From positions 2,080,001 through 2,144,000 of the forward strand of contig OZ241867.1 of NCBI GenBank assembly GCA_965203175.1: 64,000 bases of DNA. The letters are read 5' to 3'. The notes under the pieces were generated by a model, which saw only the letters and a program-made list of their open reading frames with translations, was not told the origin of the DNA and ran no database searches. The translations under genes and the position numbers were made by a program. The stretch's first letter is position 1; each line of letters begins with the position of its first letter. Of this stretch, positions 18,348 to 28,342 are shown in pieces. The DNA comes from Candidatus Latescibacterota bacterium. GTDB taxonomy: Bacteria; Latescibacterota; UBA2968; UBA8231.

Positions 18348-21300
18348 ATGTTGCCTTTTATCGCCTGTCTTATCGGGCTCGTGTTAAGTATTCGCGTCGG
18401 CGCGGAGCCGCTGGTGGAGGGCCGGATACGCCTATCGTCCGGGTTGCCAGCCGCTGGGGTGCAAGTGCGGCTGTTCGATTTGAGCGATCTGCGCCAGTCC
18501 GTCAGCGCGACGACGGATGCGACTGGCTATTTTGCGCTTTCGCTGCAAGCACTGTCAGGGGGAAGGAATGCGACCCTGCCCGCCGACTTTGTCTTGGGGC
18601 AGAATTACCCCAATCCGTTCAATCCTTCCACGGTCATTCCCTATCAACTGCCAGCGGCTGGTCCTGTGCGGCTGGAAGTGTTCAATATGCTGGGGCAGCG
18701 CTTGGTCCGGTTAGTCGATGGCGAACAGTCGGCGGGTGTGCACATGGCTCGGTGGGACGGTACGGATGCGGCGGGACGTGCGGTAGGAGCGGGGGTGTAT
18801 ATCTACCGGCTCAGCAGTGGGGGGATGGAGGTGAGTCGGCGGATGGTGCTGATTGACGGGCAGGCCGGGGTCCGCAGCGGTGCGCCGAGTAGGCCCTATA
18901 CGGCATCGGCTACCCAAGATCAGGCGTATGGCTTGGCCGTTTGGGGCTCGGACATGGTCGCCTATGTGGATCCCGCTTTCCAGATCCGAGACGGGATGGC
19001 CCCGGTAGACATCGTAGTGGAAAAGCGCAGTCTGTCTGGGCGGCGGAAGGTCGTTGCGGGTAGCCTCTTAGGGGATGTCAACGGCGATGGTCGCGTCGAT
19101 ATTGTCGATGCGCTGTTCGTGGCCATGTACAGCGTCGATCCTTCGACTTTGGCGGCTCATATTCCCAACATTTCTCTCGGCGATGTGGACGCTGATGGCG
19201 ACATCGACTTTACCGATGCCTATCTGATAGGGGCGTATAGCGTCAATCCGTTGGATCCCACATTGCCAGCGGGGATTGGCCAAGCCGTATCTGATTATGA
19301 CTCTCTGACTCCTGAGGCAGCTCGTAGTGCGCTAGATGATCGGGGGATTGCGTATACATCGGCATCCTTTTTGGAGCGCGTCCGAGCGGGGGATGTATCT
19401 GCGGTACGGCTGTTTATTGCGGCTGGGATGGACATCCACGCCCAAGATGACGATGGCACGACGGCCTTGATGTGGGCAGCTCGGGGTGGCGATGTGGAGG
19501 AGGTGCGCTTCTTGCTGGAAAACGGGGCCAATATAAATGCCCGGAATAACAACGGCATTACGGCCTTGATGTTCGCCGCTGCTGCGGGCCATGTGGAGGT
19601 CGTACGCCTCTTAGTAGAACAGTGGGTAGCGGCAGCAGGTGCTCAGGCCCAAGATGACGATGGCACGACAGTCTTGATGTGGGCGGCTCGGGGTGGCGAT
19701 GTGGAGATGGTGCGCTTCTTGGTCGACAACGGCGCTGACGTCCACGCCCAAGATGCCAACGGCATTACGGTTTTGATGTATGCCGCTTGGGGTGGCGATG
19801 TGGAGGTGGTGCGTTTCTTGGTCGACAACGGCGCTGACGTCCACGCCCAAGATGCCAACGGCATTACGGTTTTGATGTATGCCGCTTGGGGTGGCGATGT
19901 GGAGGTGGTGCGTCTTTTGCTCGACAACGGCACCGACCTCCACGCTCGGAATAACAACGACTGGACGGTTTTGATGTATGCCGCTTGGAGGGCTCACGTC
20001 GAGGTGGTGCGTTTCTTGGTCGAAAACGGGGCCGATATTCACGTCCAAAATAACGACGGCTGGACAGCCTTAATGCGGGCGACTCAGAGCGGCGATGTGG
20101 AGGTGGTTCGTTTCTTGGTCGACAACGGTGCCGACATAAATAAACAAACTAAACACGGCTTTACGGCCTTGACGTGGGCGGCTTTTGGTGGCGATGTGGA
20201 GATGGTTCGTTTCTTGGTCGACAACGGTGCCGACATTAACGCCCAAGAAGCAAGGGGTAGTACGGCCTTAATACAGGCGGCTTTTGGTGGCGATGTGGAG
20301 GTGGTTCGTTTCTTGGTCGACAACGGTGCCAACATAAATAGAAAAGATGACTACGGCTTTACGGCCTTAATGCGGGCGGCTCAGAGCGGCGATGTGGAGG
20401 TGGTGCGGTTTTTGCTTGCCAACGGCGCTGACCTTCACGCCCAAGCATTCTACTCTGGCAAGACGGTCTTGATGATGGCCGCTGATGAGGGCCGTGTCGA
20501 GGTCATACGCATCTTAGTAGAACAATGGGTAGCGGAAGCAGGCACGGATGCCCGAGATGCCTCTGGCCGGACGGTCTTGATGTGGGCGTCTTTTGGTGGC
20601 GATGTGGAGATGATGCGCTTTTTGCTGGAAAACGGGGCCGACATAAACGCCCAAAATGACAATGGCATTACGGTCTTGATGTATGGTGCTTGGGGCGGCG
20701 ATGTGGAGGTAGTGCGTCTTTTGCTTGCCAACGGCGCCGACCTCCACACCCAAGATTCTTCCGGCCGTACGGTCTTAATGTGGGCGGCTCGGGGCGGCGA
20801 TGTGGAGGTGGTTCGTCTTTTGCTCGCCAACGGCGCTGACCTCCACACCCCAAATGTCTCCGGCCGTACGGTCTTGATGGATGCGTCTTTTGGTGGCGAT
20901 GTCGGGGTCGTACGTCTTTTGCTTGATAACGGTGCCGACATAAACGCCCAAAATGACAACGGCATTACGGTCTTGATGTGGGCGTCTTTTGGTGGCGATG
21001 TGGAGGTAGTGCGTCTTTTGCTCGCCAACGGCGCTGACCTCCACACCCAAGATGTCTCCGGCACTACGGTCTTGATGTATGCGGCTCGGGGGGGTGATGC
21101 AGAGGTGATGCGTCTTTTGCTTGATAACGGCGCTGACACCGACATAAACGCGCAAAATGACAACGGCAGGACGGCCTTGATGTTCGCCTCTGATTTTGGG
21201 TACTCCGGTGGGGAGGGTGGTGTGGAGGTGGTACGTCTTTTGCTCGCCAATGGTGCCGACATAAACGCCCGAGATAACGACGGTTGGACGGCCTTGAACA

Positions 21301-21368
21301 TTGCCAAAAGCAGGGGAGGGCAACCAAGGGTGGTAGACCTTCTTGAAGCGGCTGGTGCCACGGAGTAA
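18348..21368 (+). CDS. Secreted ankyrin-repeat protein (19 repeats), same N-terminal module
   Basis: AAAGGAG RBS before ATG 18348; repeat layout colinear with 12737-15748. Confidence 0.92.
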   Translation: MLPFIACLIGLVLSIRVGAEPLVEGRIRLSSGLPAAGVQVRLFDLSDLRQSVSATTDATGYFALSLQALSGGRNATLPADFVLGQNYPNPFNPSTVIPYQLPAAGPVRLEVFNMLGQRLVRLVDGEQSAGVHMARWDGTDAAGRAVGAGVYIYRLSSGGMEVSRRMVLIDGQAGVRSGAPSRPYTASATQDQAYGLAVWGSDMVAYVDPAFQIRDGMAPVDIVVEKRSLSGRRKVVAGSLLGDVNGDGRVDIVDALFVAMYSVDPSTLAAHIPNISLGDVDADGDIDFTDAYLIGAYSVNPLDPTLPAGIGQAVSDYDSLTPEAARSALDDRGIAYTSASFLERVRAGDVSAVRLFIAAGMDIHAQDDDGTTALMWAARGGDVEEVRFLLENGANINARNNNGITALMFAAAAGHVEVVRLLVEQWVAAAGAQAQDDDGTTVLMWAARGGDVEMVRFLVDNGADVHAQDANGITVLMYAAWGGDVEVVRFLVDNGADVHAQDANGITVLMYAAWGGDVEVVRLLLDNGTDLHARNNNDWTVLMYAAWRAHVEVVRFLVENGADIHVQNNDGWTALMRATQSGDVEVVRFLVDNGADINKQTKHGFTALTWAAFGGDVEMVRFLVDNGADINAQEARGSTALIQAAFGGDVEVVRFLVDNGANINRKDDYGFTALMRAAQSGDVEVVRFLLANGADLHAQAFYSGKTVLMMAADEGRVEVIRILVEQWVAEAGTDARDASGRTVLMWASFGGDVEMMRFLLENGADINAQNDNGITVLMYGAWGGDVEVVRLLLANGADLHTQDSSGRTVLMWAARGGDVEVVRLLLANGADLHTPNVSGRTVLMDASFGGDVGVVRLLLDNGADINAQNDNGITVLMWASFGGDVEVVRLLLANGADLHTQDVSGTTVLMYAARGGDAEVMRLLLDNGADTDINAQNDNGRTALMFASDFGYSGGEGGVEVVRLLLANGADINARDNDGWTALNIAKSRGGQPRVVDLLEAAGATE

Positions 21369-21398
21369 CATGGACAGCCCAAGAAAAAGCCGGATGAT

Positions 21399-23801
21399 AT
21401 GTGGAAGAGCAACCTGATCATTGCCCTGCGCGTGTTGGGGCGCAACAAGACGATCTCGCTGATCAACATCATCGGCCTATCCGTGGCCTTTGCCGTGGCA
21501 GTCCTGTGTCTGCTGTTCGTGCGCCACGAGACTTCCTTTGACGCTTGGCACGAAAAAGGGGACCGGATCTTCGCCATCTATCTTGAGCTTCTAAAGCCCG
21601 ACCCCGGTTCCTCCCCCAACCGTTCCACGAAGGTGGGTTACCGTCTGCGCGAGGACGTGCGCGCTAAAGTTCCCGGCATCCGCGAATCGGTTTCTATGAA
21701 GCTGGGATACGGCCAAGTCTCGTATGAAGATGCGAGCTTTGACGAGTCCTTCCTCGCTGTCGATCCGGCTTTCCTGACCATGTTCACCTTGCCGCTGGCG
21801 GCGGGCGATGCGACGACGGCCCTTGACGATCCCCAGAGCGTTGTTCTCACCCATGAGACTGCGCAGAAGTACTTCGGCCCAGATGTGCCAGCCCACGCCA
21901 TGCTGGGCAAGCACATCCGGCTGCATACCGTCGAGCGGGACTACTCGACATCGCCACCGAAGGAGACGCCTATCGAGGTAGAGCGCACCATTGCGGGTGT
22001 GCTGGCTCCCTTGCCGGGGCCTTCTATTTTGCGTCTAAAGGTACTCGTGCCCGCAGTAACAGCCGAGGCGCTGCACTTCAGAGGGGAAGACGGACTTTTT
22101 GTTGAACTCGAAGAGGGAGTAGAGCCTACCGAAGTGGAAACGCGGCTGGAGTCCCTGGTCTCGCGGGCCCGACTGAAGTTGCAACCTTTTGTGGGTGCTC
22201 ACATAGGACCTGAGATAGCGGGACCCGCCGACTTTGGTTATGGCAAGGTTGAGCATATCTATCTGCTGGCGGGACTGGCCGTGCTCGTGCTGCTGATCGC
22301 TGCTATCAACTTCGTCAACCTCGCCATGAGCCGCGCTATGACGCGGACCTTGGAAGTCGGGGTGCGCAAGGCAATCGGCGCGACGCGCCACCAGCTTTCC
22401 AACCAATTTCTCGCCGAAGCAATTGTGGTGAGCCTAATTTCCATCGTCGTTGGCATGGGCCTCGCCGAAGTCCTGCTGCCGACATTTAACGCGGTCGTGT
22501 ATCAGGAGCTAGAGATTGAGTGGCTGTCGGTCGAGACGGGGATAGGTGCCTTGACCCTTGCCTTGATGGTCGGCGTACTGTCGGGCTTGTATCCGGCCCA
22601 AGTGGTTGCGCGGCTCCATCCCGTCCGGGCACTGTCCCGCAAGACGCCTCAGCCGGGTCGCGGCTGGCTCGGTCGCGGTCTGATTGTCGTGCAGTTTGCG
22701 CTGTCGGCCGTTCTCCTCGTCGTGGCGATCACTATGGCGCGACAGCTCGATTTCATGCGCACCAAGGATTTGGGTTTCGACGGCGACCAGGTCGTGCTGA
22801 TTGCCCACAAAGGCGATCTCAATCCTTTGCAGATTGAGCGTCTCGCCGACGAGATCAATTCCCGACCGGGACTTTTACAAGGAGTCACTGGTGCTTGGCC
22901 AGCACCTGGCTTTGGCGGCTATCCCCCCATGCCAATCCGGTCCGATGAGAAAGTACTCCGCGCCAAGCCCTTCTACGTAAGTCCAAACTTCCTAAGCGTC
23001 ATGGGTATCGAAGTCCTCTCCGGACAGGGCTTCGATCCCAATCTGCCGCATGGCATCCTGCTCAACGAGACCGCTGCAGACTTCTTCGGCCCTGAAGACC
23101 TAATCGGCCGCACCTTGACAGGCCCTAGTGACGAGCCGATAACGGTGATCGGCATAGTCAAGGATTTCCACTTCGTGGATATGCGCCATACCATAGGACC
23201 GGCTTTTCTAACGACGAGTACGCTCATATCCAAGCCCAAACCCTTGGTGCAGGCAGACCAGTTCAAGTACACCCTATTTCGGCTCAACCGCGCCGACCTG
23301 CCCGCGGCAGTTGAAGAAGTAAAGGCGCTGTGGAAGCGGGTTTTGCCGGAATACGAATTATGGGGCGTGCGCTTCCTCGACGAGTCCTTTGCCGCGAGAT
23401 ACTGGGAAGAGCAGCGCGTCGGCGTTGTCATGAGATGGATGAGCGCCGTTGCCATTGCGATCTCCTGCATGGGGCTTTTTGGCTTGGTTGCCCTAGCGGC
23501 GGTGCGGCGCACCAAGGAAATTGGCATCCGCAAGGTATTAGGCGCTACGACTAGCAGCGTGCTGCTGTTGATGTCGCGCGAGTTCGGCTGGCTGGTGGTG
23601 GCGGCCAACGTTGTTGCCTGGCCTGTGGCTTATTTCGTCTTGAACCGCTGGCTCGCGTTCTACGCCTATCGGATTGACATCGGCCTGGGGTGGTTTGTGC
23701 TGGCGGGCGTGGGCGTTCTCGCGGTTGCGCTGGCTACCGTCAGCAGTCAGACGTGGTTAGCGGCGCGGACCAATCCGGCGGATGCGTTGAGATACGAGTA
23801 A
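21399..23801 (+). CDS. ABC transporter permease, duplicated MacB-PCD/FtsX type (copy 4)
   Basis: Close paralog of copy 3, same motifs. Confidence 0.92.
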   Translation: MWKSNLIIALRVLGRNKTISLINIIGLSVAFAVAVLCLLFVRHETSFDAWHEKGDRIFAIYLELLKPDPGSSPNRSTKVGYRLREDVRAKVPGIRESVSMKLGYGQVSYEDASFDESFLAVDPAFLTMFTLPLAAGDATTALDDPQSVVLTHETAQKYFGPDVPAHAMLGKHIRLHTVERDYSTSPPKETPIEVERTIAGVLAPLPGPSILRLKVLVPAVTAEALHFRGEDGLFVELEEGVEPTEVETRLESLVSRARLKLQPFVGAHIGPEIAGPADFGYGKVEHIYLLAGLAVLVLLIAAINFVNLAMSRAMTRTLEVGVRKAIGATRHQLSNQFLAEAIVVSLISIVVGMGLAEVLLPTFNAVVYQELEIEWLSVETGIGALTLALMVGVLSGLYPAQVVARLHPVRALSRKTPQPGRGWLGRGLIVVQFALSAVLLVVAITMARQLDFMRTKDLGFDGDQVVLIAHKGDLNPLQIERLADEINSRPGLLQGVTGAWPAPGFGGYPPMPIRSDEKVLRAKPFYVSPNFLSVMGIEVLSGQGFDPNLPHGILLNETAADFFGPEDLIGRTLTGPSDEPITVIGIVKDFHFVDMRHTIGPAFLTTSTLISKPKPLVQADQFKYTLFRLNRADLPAAVEEVKALWKRVLPEYELWGVRFLDESFAARYWEEQRVGVVMRWMSAVAIAISCMGLFGLVALAAVRRTKEIGIRKVLGATTSSVLLLMSREFGWLVVAANVVAWPVAYFVLNRWLAFYAYRIDIGLGWFVLAGVGVLAVALATVSSQTWLAARTNPADALRYE

Positions 23802-23882
23802 ATGTACGCCGCTTGGGTGAGAGTAGGCACTTGATATGCTAACTGTCCTCAAACTCTAAACAAGAATGCGAGAGATCACACT

Positions 23883-26282
23883 ATGTGGAAGAGCAACCTG
23901 ATCATTGCCCTGCGCGTATTGGGACGCAACAAGACGATTTCGCTGATCAACATCGTCGGCTTGTCTGCGGCCTTTGCCGTGGCGGTTCTATGTCTGCTGT
24001 TCGTGCGCCACGAGACTTCCTTTGACGCTTGGCACGAAAAAGGGGATCGGATCTTCGCCATCTATCTTGACCCGCTAGAGCCCGAACCCGGTGCTCCCTT
24101 CAACCGTTCCACTATGGTGGGTTACCATATGCGCGAGGCCGTGCGCACTAAAGTCCCCGGCATTCGCGAATCGGTTTCCATGCAGTCGGAATCCGGCAAA
24201 GTCTCGTACGGCGATGCGAGCTTTGACGAGTACTTCCTCGCTGTCGATCCGGCTTTCCTGACTATGTTCACCTTGCCGCTGGCGGCGGGCGATGCGGCGA
24301 CGGCCCTCGACGATCCGCAGAGCGTTGTCCTTTCCCATGAGACCGCGCAGAAGTACTTCGGCCCCGATGTGCCAGCCCATGCCATGCTGGGCAAGCACAT
24401 TCGGCTGCACACCGTCGAGCTAGATTACTCGACATCGCCAACGAAGGAGACACCCATCGAGGTGGAGCGTACCATTGCGGGTGTGCTGGCACCCCTGCCG
24501 GGGCCTTCTATTTTGCGTCTAGACGTACTCGTGCCTGCGGTAACGGCCGAGGCCCTGCACTTCAGGAGCCTATCCGGACTTTTTATTGAACTCGAAGAGG
24601 GCGTAGCGCCTGCCGAAGTAGAAACGCGGCTGGAATCCCTGATCGTGCGGGACCGGTTAAAGTTGCAACCTTTTGCGGGCGCTCACTTGGGACCTAGTAT
24701 AACGGGCCCCGCCGACTTTGGCCGCGGCACGGTCGAGCATATCTATCTGCTGGCAGGGCTGGCTGCGCTGGTCTTGCTGATCGCTGCCATCAACTTCGTC
24801 AACCTCGCCATGAGCCGCGCCATGACGCGGACCTTGGAAGTGGGGGTGCGCAAGGCGATCGGCGCGACGCGCCACCAGCTTTCCAATCAATTCCTCGCCG
24901 AAGCAATTGTGGTGAGCCTCATCGCCATCGTCGTTGGCATGGGCCTTGCCGAAGTCGCGCTGCCGATGTTTAACGCGGTCGTGCATCAGCAGCTAGAGAT
25001 CGAGTGGCTGTCGGTTGAGACAGGAATAGGTGCCTTAACTCTCGCCTTGATGGTCGGCGTACTGTCGGGCTTGTACCCAGCCCAAATCATTGCGCGGCTC
25101 CATCCCGTTTGGGCACTGTCCCGCAAGACGCCTCAGCCGGGTCGCGGTTGGCTGGGTCGCGGTCTGATTGTCGTCCAGTTTGCACTGTCGGCCGTCCTCG
25201 TTGTCGTGACGATCACTATGGCGCGACAACTCGACTTTATGCGGACTAAGGATTTGGGCTTCGACGGCGATCAGGTCGTGTTGGCTATCCAATTTAAAGG
25301 CGATCTCAATGCTTTGCAGATTGAGCATCTCGCCAACGAGATTAATTCTCGACCGGGACTTATACGGGGGGTCACCGGTGCCTCGGCAGCACCCGGCTTT
25401 GGCGGCAGGCATCCCATACCAATCCAGTCCGGTGAGAAAGCGCTCCGCGCCAAGCCCTTCTACGTAAGTCCAAACTTCCTAAGCGTCATGGGTATAGAGG
25501 TCCTCTCCGGGCAGGGCTTCGATCCCAATCTGCCGCACGGCGTCCTGCTCAACGAGACCGCCGCGCGCTTTTTCGGCTCTGAAGACCTAATCGGTCGCAC
25601 CTTGACGTCTCCCCAAGATGCTGGCGAGCCAATGACGGTGATCGGCATAGTCGAGGATTTCCACTTCACGGATATGCGCCATACCGTAGGGCCGGCTTTT
25701 CTGACGACACTTATGCCCAAGTCTAGATTGCGGAGAGATGGGTTCGGGCACACCCTGTTTCGGCTCGACCGCGCCGACCTGCCCGCGGCAGTTGAAGAAG
25801 TAAAGGCACTGTGGAAGCGGGTCCTGCCGGAATACGAATTATGGCGCGTGCGCTTTCTCGACGAGGCTTTTGCAGCGAAATACGAGGTAGAGCGGCGCGT
25901 CGGCATTGTCATGGGGTGGATGAGTGCCGTCGCCATTGCGATCTCCTGCATGGGACTTTTTGGCTTGGTCGCCCTAGCGGCGGTGCGGCGCACCAAGGAA
26001 ATTGGTATCCGCAAGGTACTCGGCGCTACGACTAGCAGCGTGCTGCTATTGATGTCGCGCGAATTCGGCTGGCTGGTGGTGGCGGCCAATGTCATTGCTT
26101 GGCCTGTGGCTTATTTCGTCTTGAACCGCTGGCTCGCGTTCTACGCCTATCGCATTGACATGGGCTTGGGTTGGTTTGTGCTGGCGGGCGTGGGCGTGCT
26201 CGCGGTTGCGCTGGCCACTGTCAGCAGCCAGACGTGGTTAGCGGCGCGGACCAATCCGGCGGATGCGTTGAGATACGAGTAA
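23883..26282 (+). CDS. ABC transporter permease, duplicated MacB-PCD/FtsX type (copy 5)
   Basis: Close paralog of copies 3 and 4. Confidence 0.92.
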   Translation: MWKSNLIIALRVLGRNKTISLINIVGLSAAFAVAVLCLLFVRHETSFDAWHEKGDRIFAIYLDPLEPEPGAPFNRSTMVGYHMREAVRTKVPGIRESVSMQSESGKVSYGDASFDEYFLAVDPAFLTMFTLPLAAGDAATALDDPQSVVLSHETAQKYFGPDVPAHAMLGKHIRLHTVELDYSTSPTKETPIEVERTIAGVLAPLPGPSILRLDVLVPAVTAEALHFRSLSGLFIELEEGVAPAEVETRLESLIVRDRLKLQPFAGAHLGPSITGPADFGRGTVEHIYLLAGLAALVLLIAAINFVNLAMSRAMTRTLEVGVRKAIGATRHQLSNQFLAEAIVVSLIAIVVGMGLAEVALPMFNAVVHQQLEIEWLSVETGIGALTLALMVGVLSGLYPAQIIARLHPVWALSRKTPQPGRGWLGRGLIVVQFALSAVLVVVTITMARQLDFMRTKDLGFDGDQVVLAIQFKGDLNALQIEHLANEINSRPGLIRGVTGASAAPGFGGRHPIPIQSGEKALRAKPFYVSPNFLSVMGIEVLSGQGFDPNLPHGVLLNETAARFFGSEDLIGRTLTSPQDAGEPMTVIGIVEDFHFTDMRHTVGPAFLTTLMPKSRLRRDGFGHTLFRLDRADLPAAVEEVKALWKRVLPEYELWRVRFLDEAFAAKYEVERRVGIVMGWMSAVAIAISCMGLFGLVALAAVRRTKEIGIRKVLGATTSSVLLLMSREFGWLVVAANVIAWPVAYFVLNRWLAFYAYRIDMGLGWFVLAGVGVLAVALATVSSQTWLAARTNPADALRYE

Positions 26283-26472
26283 ATGCACGCCGCTTGCTAG
26301 CACGCCGTCAGGACGAGTCGCATTGATCCAATAGAAGCGCTGCACTGTGAGTGGCTCAAGTGCAACTAGGCTCTTACAAAAAAATGTATGGGCCTTTTTA
26401 ATTTTCCCCTCTCTGGCCGTCTTTACTTGCAGACGGATTGATATGCGTCATCAGTCCCGCATTTGAATACCT

Positions 26473-28326
26473 ATGGACAACTTCCATCCCGAAAACTTCG
26501 TCGAGCGCTGCTTGGCGGGCAACGCGCAAGCCTTTGAGCCGCTCGTCCGGCACTACCAGAACGCGGCCTTTGCCACGGCCCTGCGCTACGTGCGCTCGCA
26601 GGTCGATGCCCAAGACATCGTGCAGGATGCCTTTGTCTCCGCGTACTGCCGCTTGGGGCAACTGCGCGATAGGGAGCGTTTCGGTGGCTGGTTGATGCAC
26701 ATCGTAGCCAATCGTTGCAAGGACTGGTTACGCGACCGCAGGCGGACACAGCCGTTGGATTCGGCAGAGACGACTCTGGAGAATGCGGCCGCGACCGAGC
26801 ACGCGGACCAGATGCGGCGGCTGGAGTTGCAGGAGGCCGTTGATCTGTTGCCCGAACACTACCGCTCGGCCGTGCTGATGTACTACCTGAGCGGCCTGTC
26901 CTACCGAGAAATCGCCGAGTTGATGGAAGTCCCTCTGAGTACGGTGTGCGGCCGATTGCAACAAGGACGCATCCGGCTGCGCCAGCTATGGGACGAACCC
27001 GACCACGAGGAGATTGCCATGAAGCCAATCGACGTGACCGAACAGGTCCAAGAGGTGGTGTGCCAAATCGCCACCCGACAGGTGCAGGAGACGATTCCGC
27101 TAGGGGATACCGAGCACATCGTCTTCTACTGCGCCCTGGACACCGATCTCGAGATCCGCCAAGCCGAGGGCGAAGACGCAGTGCTCGAAGGGACGCTCAG
27201 CGCAATTGGGTTGACGCGGGAAAAGGCCCGGGAGAGCGTCGAAAGCATTGAGATCGGGGCCGACCAAGTGGATAGTTTCCTCGAGAGCGGTCCGCATGAG
27301 GGCGAGGTGTTTATGAGGACCCACCAGCAGAACGACCAACTCGAGGCCGAGTCTCTGGATAGCGGACAATTGTGGCGAGCCTACGTGGAGGGAAGCCCCT
27401 ATCCCTGGGGCGTGACAAACGGCGTTAAGACGACGGATGCCTTTCCCCAGATGCAAGCATATACCGACGGCAGTATGCCGACTGATATGCGCTTGAGGTT
27501 GGGGCGGGCCACGCGGATAACGGTCTATCGCGAAAAACTCGAAGACATAATCCTGCCGCCCTCGGCTGTTACGGCAGAAGTCCAACAGGTCTTTCGCCCC
27601 AACAGCACGTCGCTCGAAAGGGTCCACGGACCAGTTGGTTCCGCCAGCTTAGTGTTGCTGGTGCCCAAGGGCAAGCGCGTGACTGTCATCAAAGGGAAGC
27701 AGATCCGCGCCTTTGGTTTGCAGGACTCAATTAGTTTTATCGAATCGACCTGTGAGGAAGTGGCCGATATTGAGGGCGATGTGGAACTCTTCGACAGCGC
27801 ATTGGAGACGGCACGCAATATCCGCGGCAAGCTCTACCAGCGCTACTACCGATACCTCGGCATGAGGATGGAGGGCCGCGAGGTCAGGCGTCAGGCAGCT
27901 AAAAATTGTCGTCTGGAGGATATTAGCGGCGGCGTGGATATTGACGTGGGCGGCGTACAAATTGAGGCCACCCGGTTGGGGGGCCGGGTGCGGATCTACA
28001 ACCGCTTTGGCCATACGCAGTTACATCAGGATCAACTCGCCACAGACAGCCGCATCGAACTGGAATCGTGTGGGGGCGACATTCATCTCTCGCTCAAAGG
28101 AGCCCTGCTGGACGAGGTTTTGCTGGACGAGGTACATCTGACAGTGCTCACGCTGTGCGGGCGGATCCAATCTACGGTCTTTAAGGATAGGGACAAGCCT
28201 CTCAGAATGGCCAACAACTCCGAGGTGATGGTCCTGTCGAACGCGCCTAGTGGCCCAGCGATACTAGCGGCGGATTTTATGCTCAAAAGCGAGGTCGGCG
28301 AGATCGTTGTCGAGCAGGCGAAATAG
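26473..28326 (+). CDS. ECF-type RNA polymerase sigma-70 factor with ~430-aa C-terminal extension
   Basis: Region 2 DAQDIVQDAF...FGGWLMHIVANRCKD; region 4 LPEHYRSAVLMYYLSGLSYREIAELMEVPLSTVCGRL; the extension ends in DUF4097-like beta repeats (tentative). Confidence 0.88.
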   Translation: MDNFHPENFVERCLAGNAQAFEPLVRHYQNAAFATALRYVRSQVDAQDIVQDAFVSAYCRLGQLRDRERFGGWLMHIVANRCKDWLRDRRRTQPLDSAETTLENAAATEHADQMRRLELQEAVDLLPEHYRSAVLMYYLSGLSYREIAELMEVPLSTVCGRLQQGRIRLRQLWDEPDHEEIAMKPIDVTEQVQEVVCQIATRQVQETIPLGDTEHIVFYCALDTDLEIRQAEGEDAVLEGTLSAIGLTREKARESVESIEIGADQVDSFLESGPHEGEVFMRTHQQNDQLEAESLDSGQLWRAYVEGSPYPWGVTNGVKTTDAFPQMQAYTDGSMPTDMRLRLGRATRITVYREKLEDIILPPSAVTAEVQQVFRPNSTSLERVHGPVGSASLVLLVPKGKRVTVIKGKQIRAFGLQDSISFIESTCEEVADIEGDVELFDSALETARNIRGKLYQRYYRYLGMRMEGREVRRQAAKNCRLEDISGGVDIDVGGVQIEATRLGGRVRIYNRFGHTQLHQDQLATDSRIELESCGGDIHLSLKGALLDEVLLDEVHLTVLTLCGRIQSTVFKDRDKPLRMANNSEVMVLSNAPSGPAILAADFMLKSEVGEIVVEQAK

Positions 28327-28342
28327 ATGAAGGAGGTTCAAG

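Noticed and set aside
8010-21350. CRISPR array or non-coding tandem repeat
   Set aside because: The 99-bp periodicity is in-frame ankyrin coding sequence; no repeat-spacer structure and no cas genes
11408-21577. Long minus-strand ORFs (11408-12562, 13609-14724, 14903-15961, 20450-21577)
   Set aside because: Antisense shadows of GC-rich repetitive ankyrin genes with no recognisable motifs
1787-26282. Diversity-generating retroelement behind the variable paralogs
   Set aside because: No reverse transcriptase or TR/VR pair in the window; differences include indels and changes at non-adenine positions
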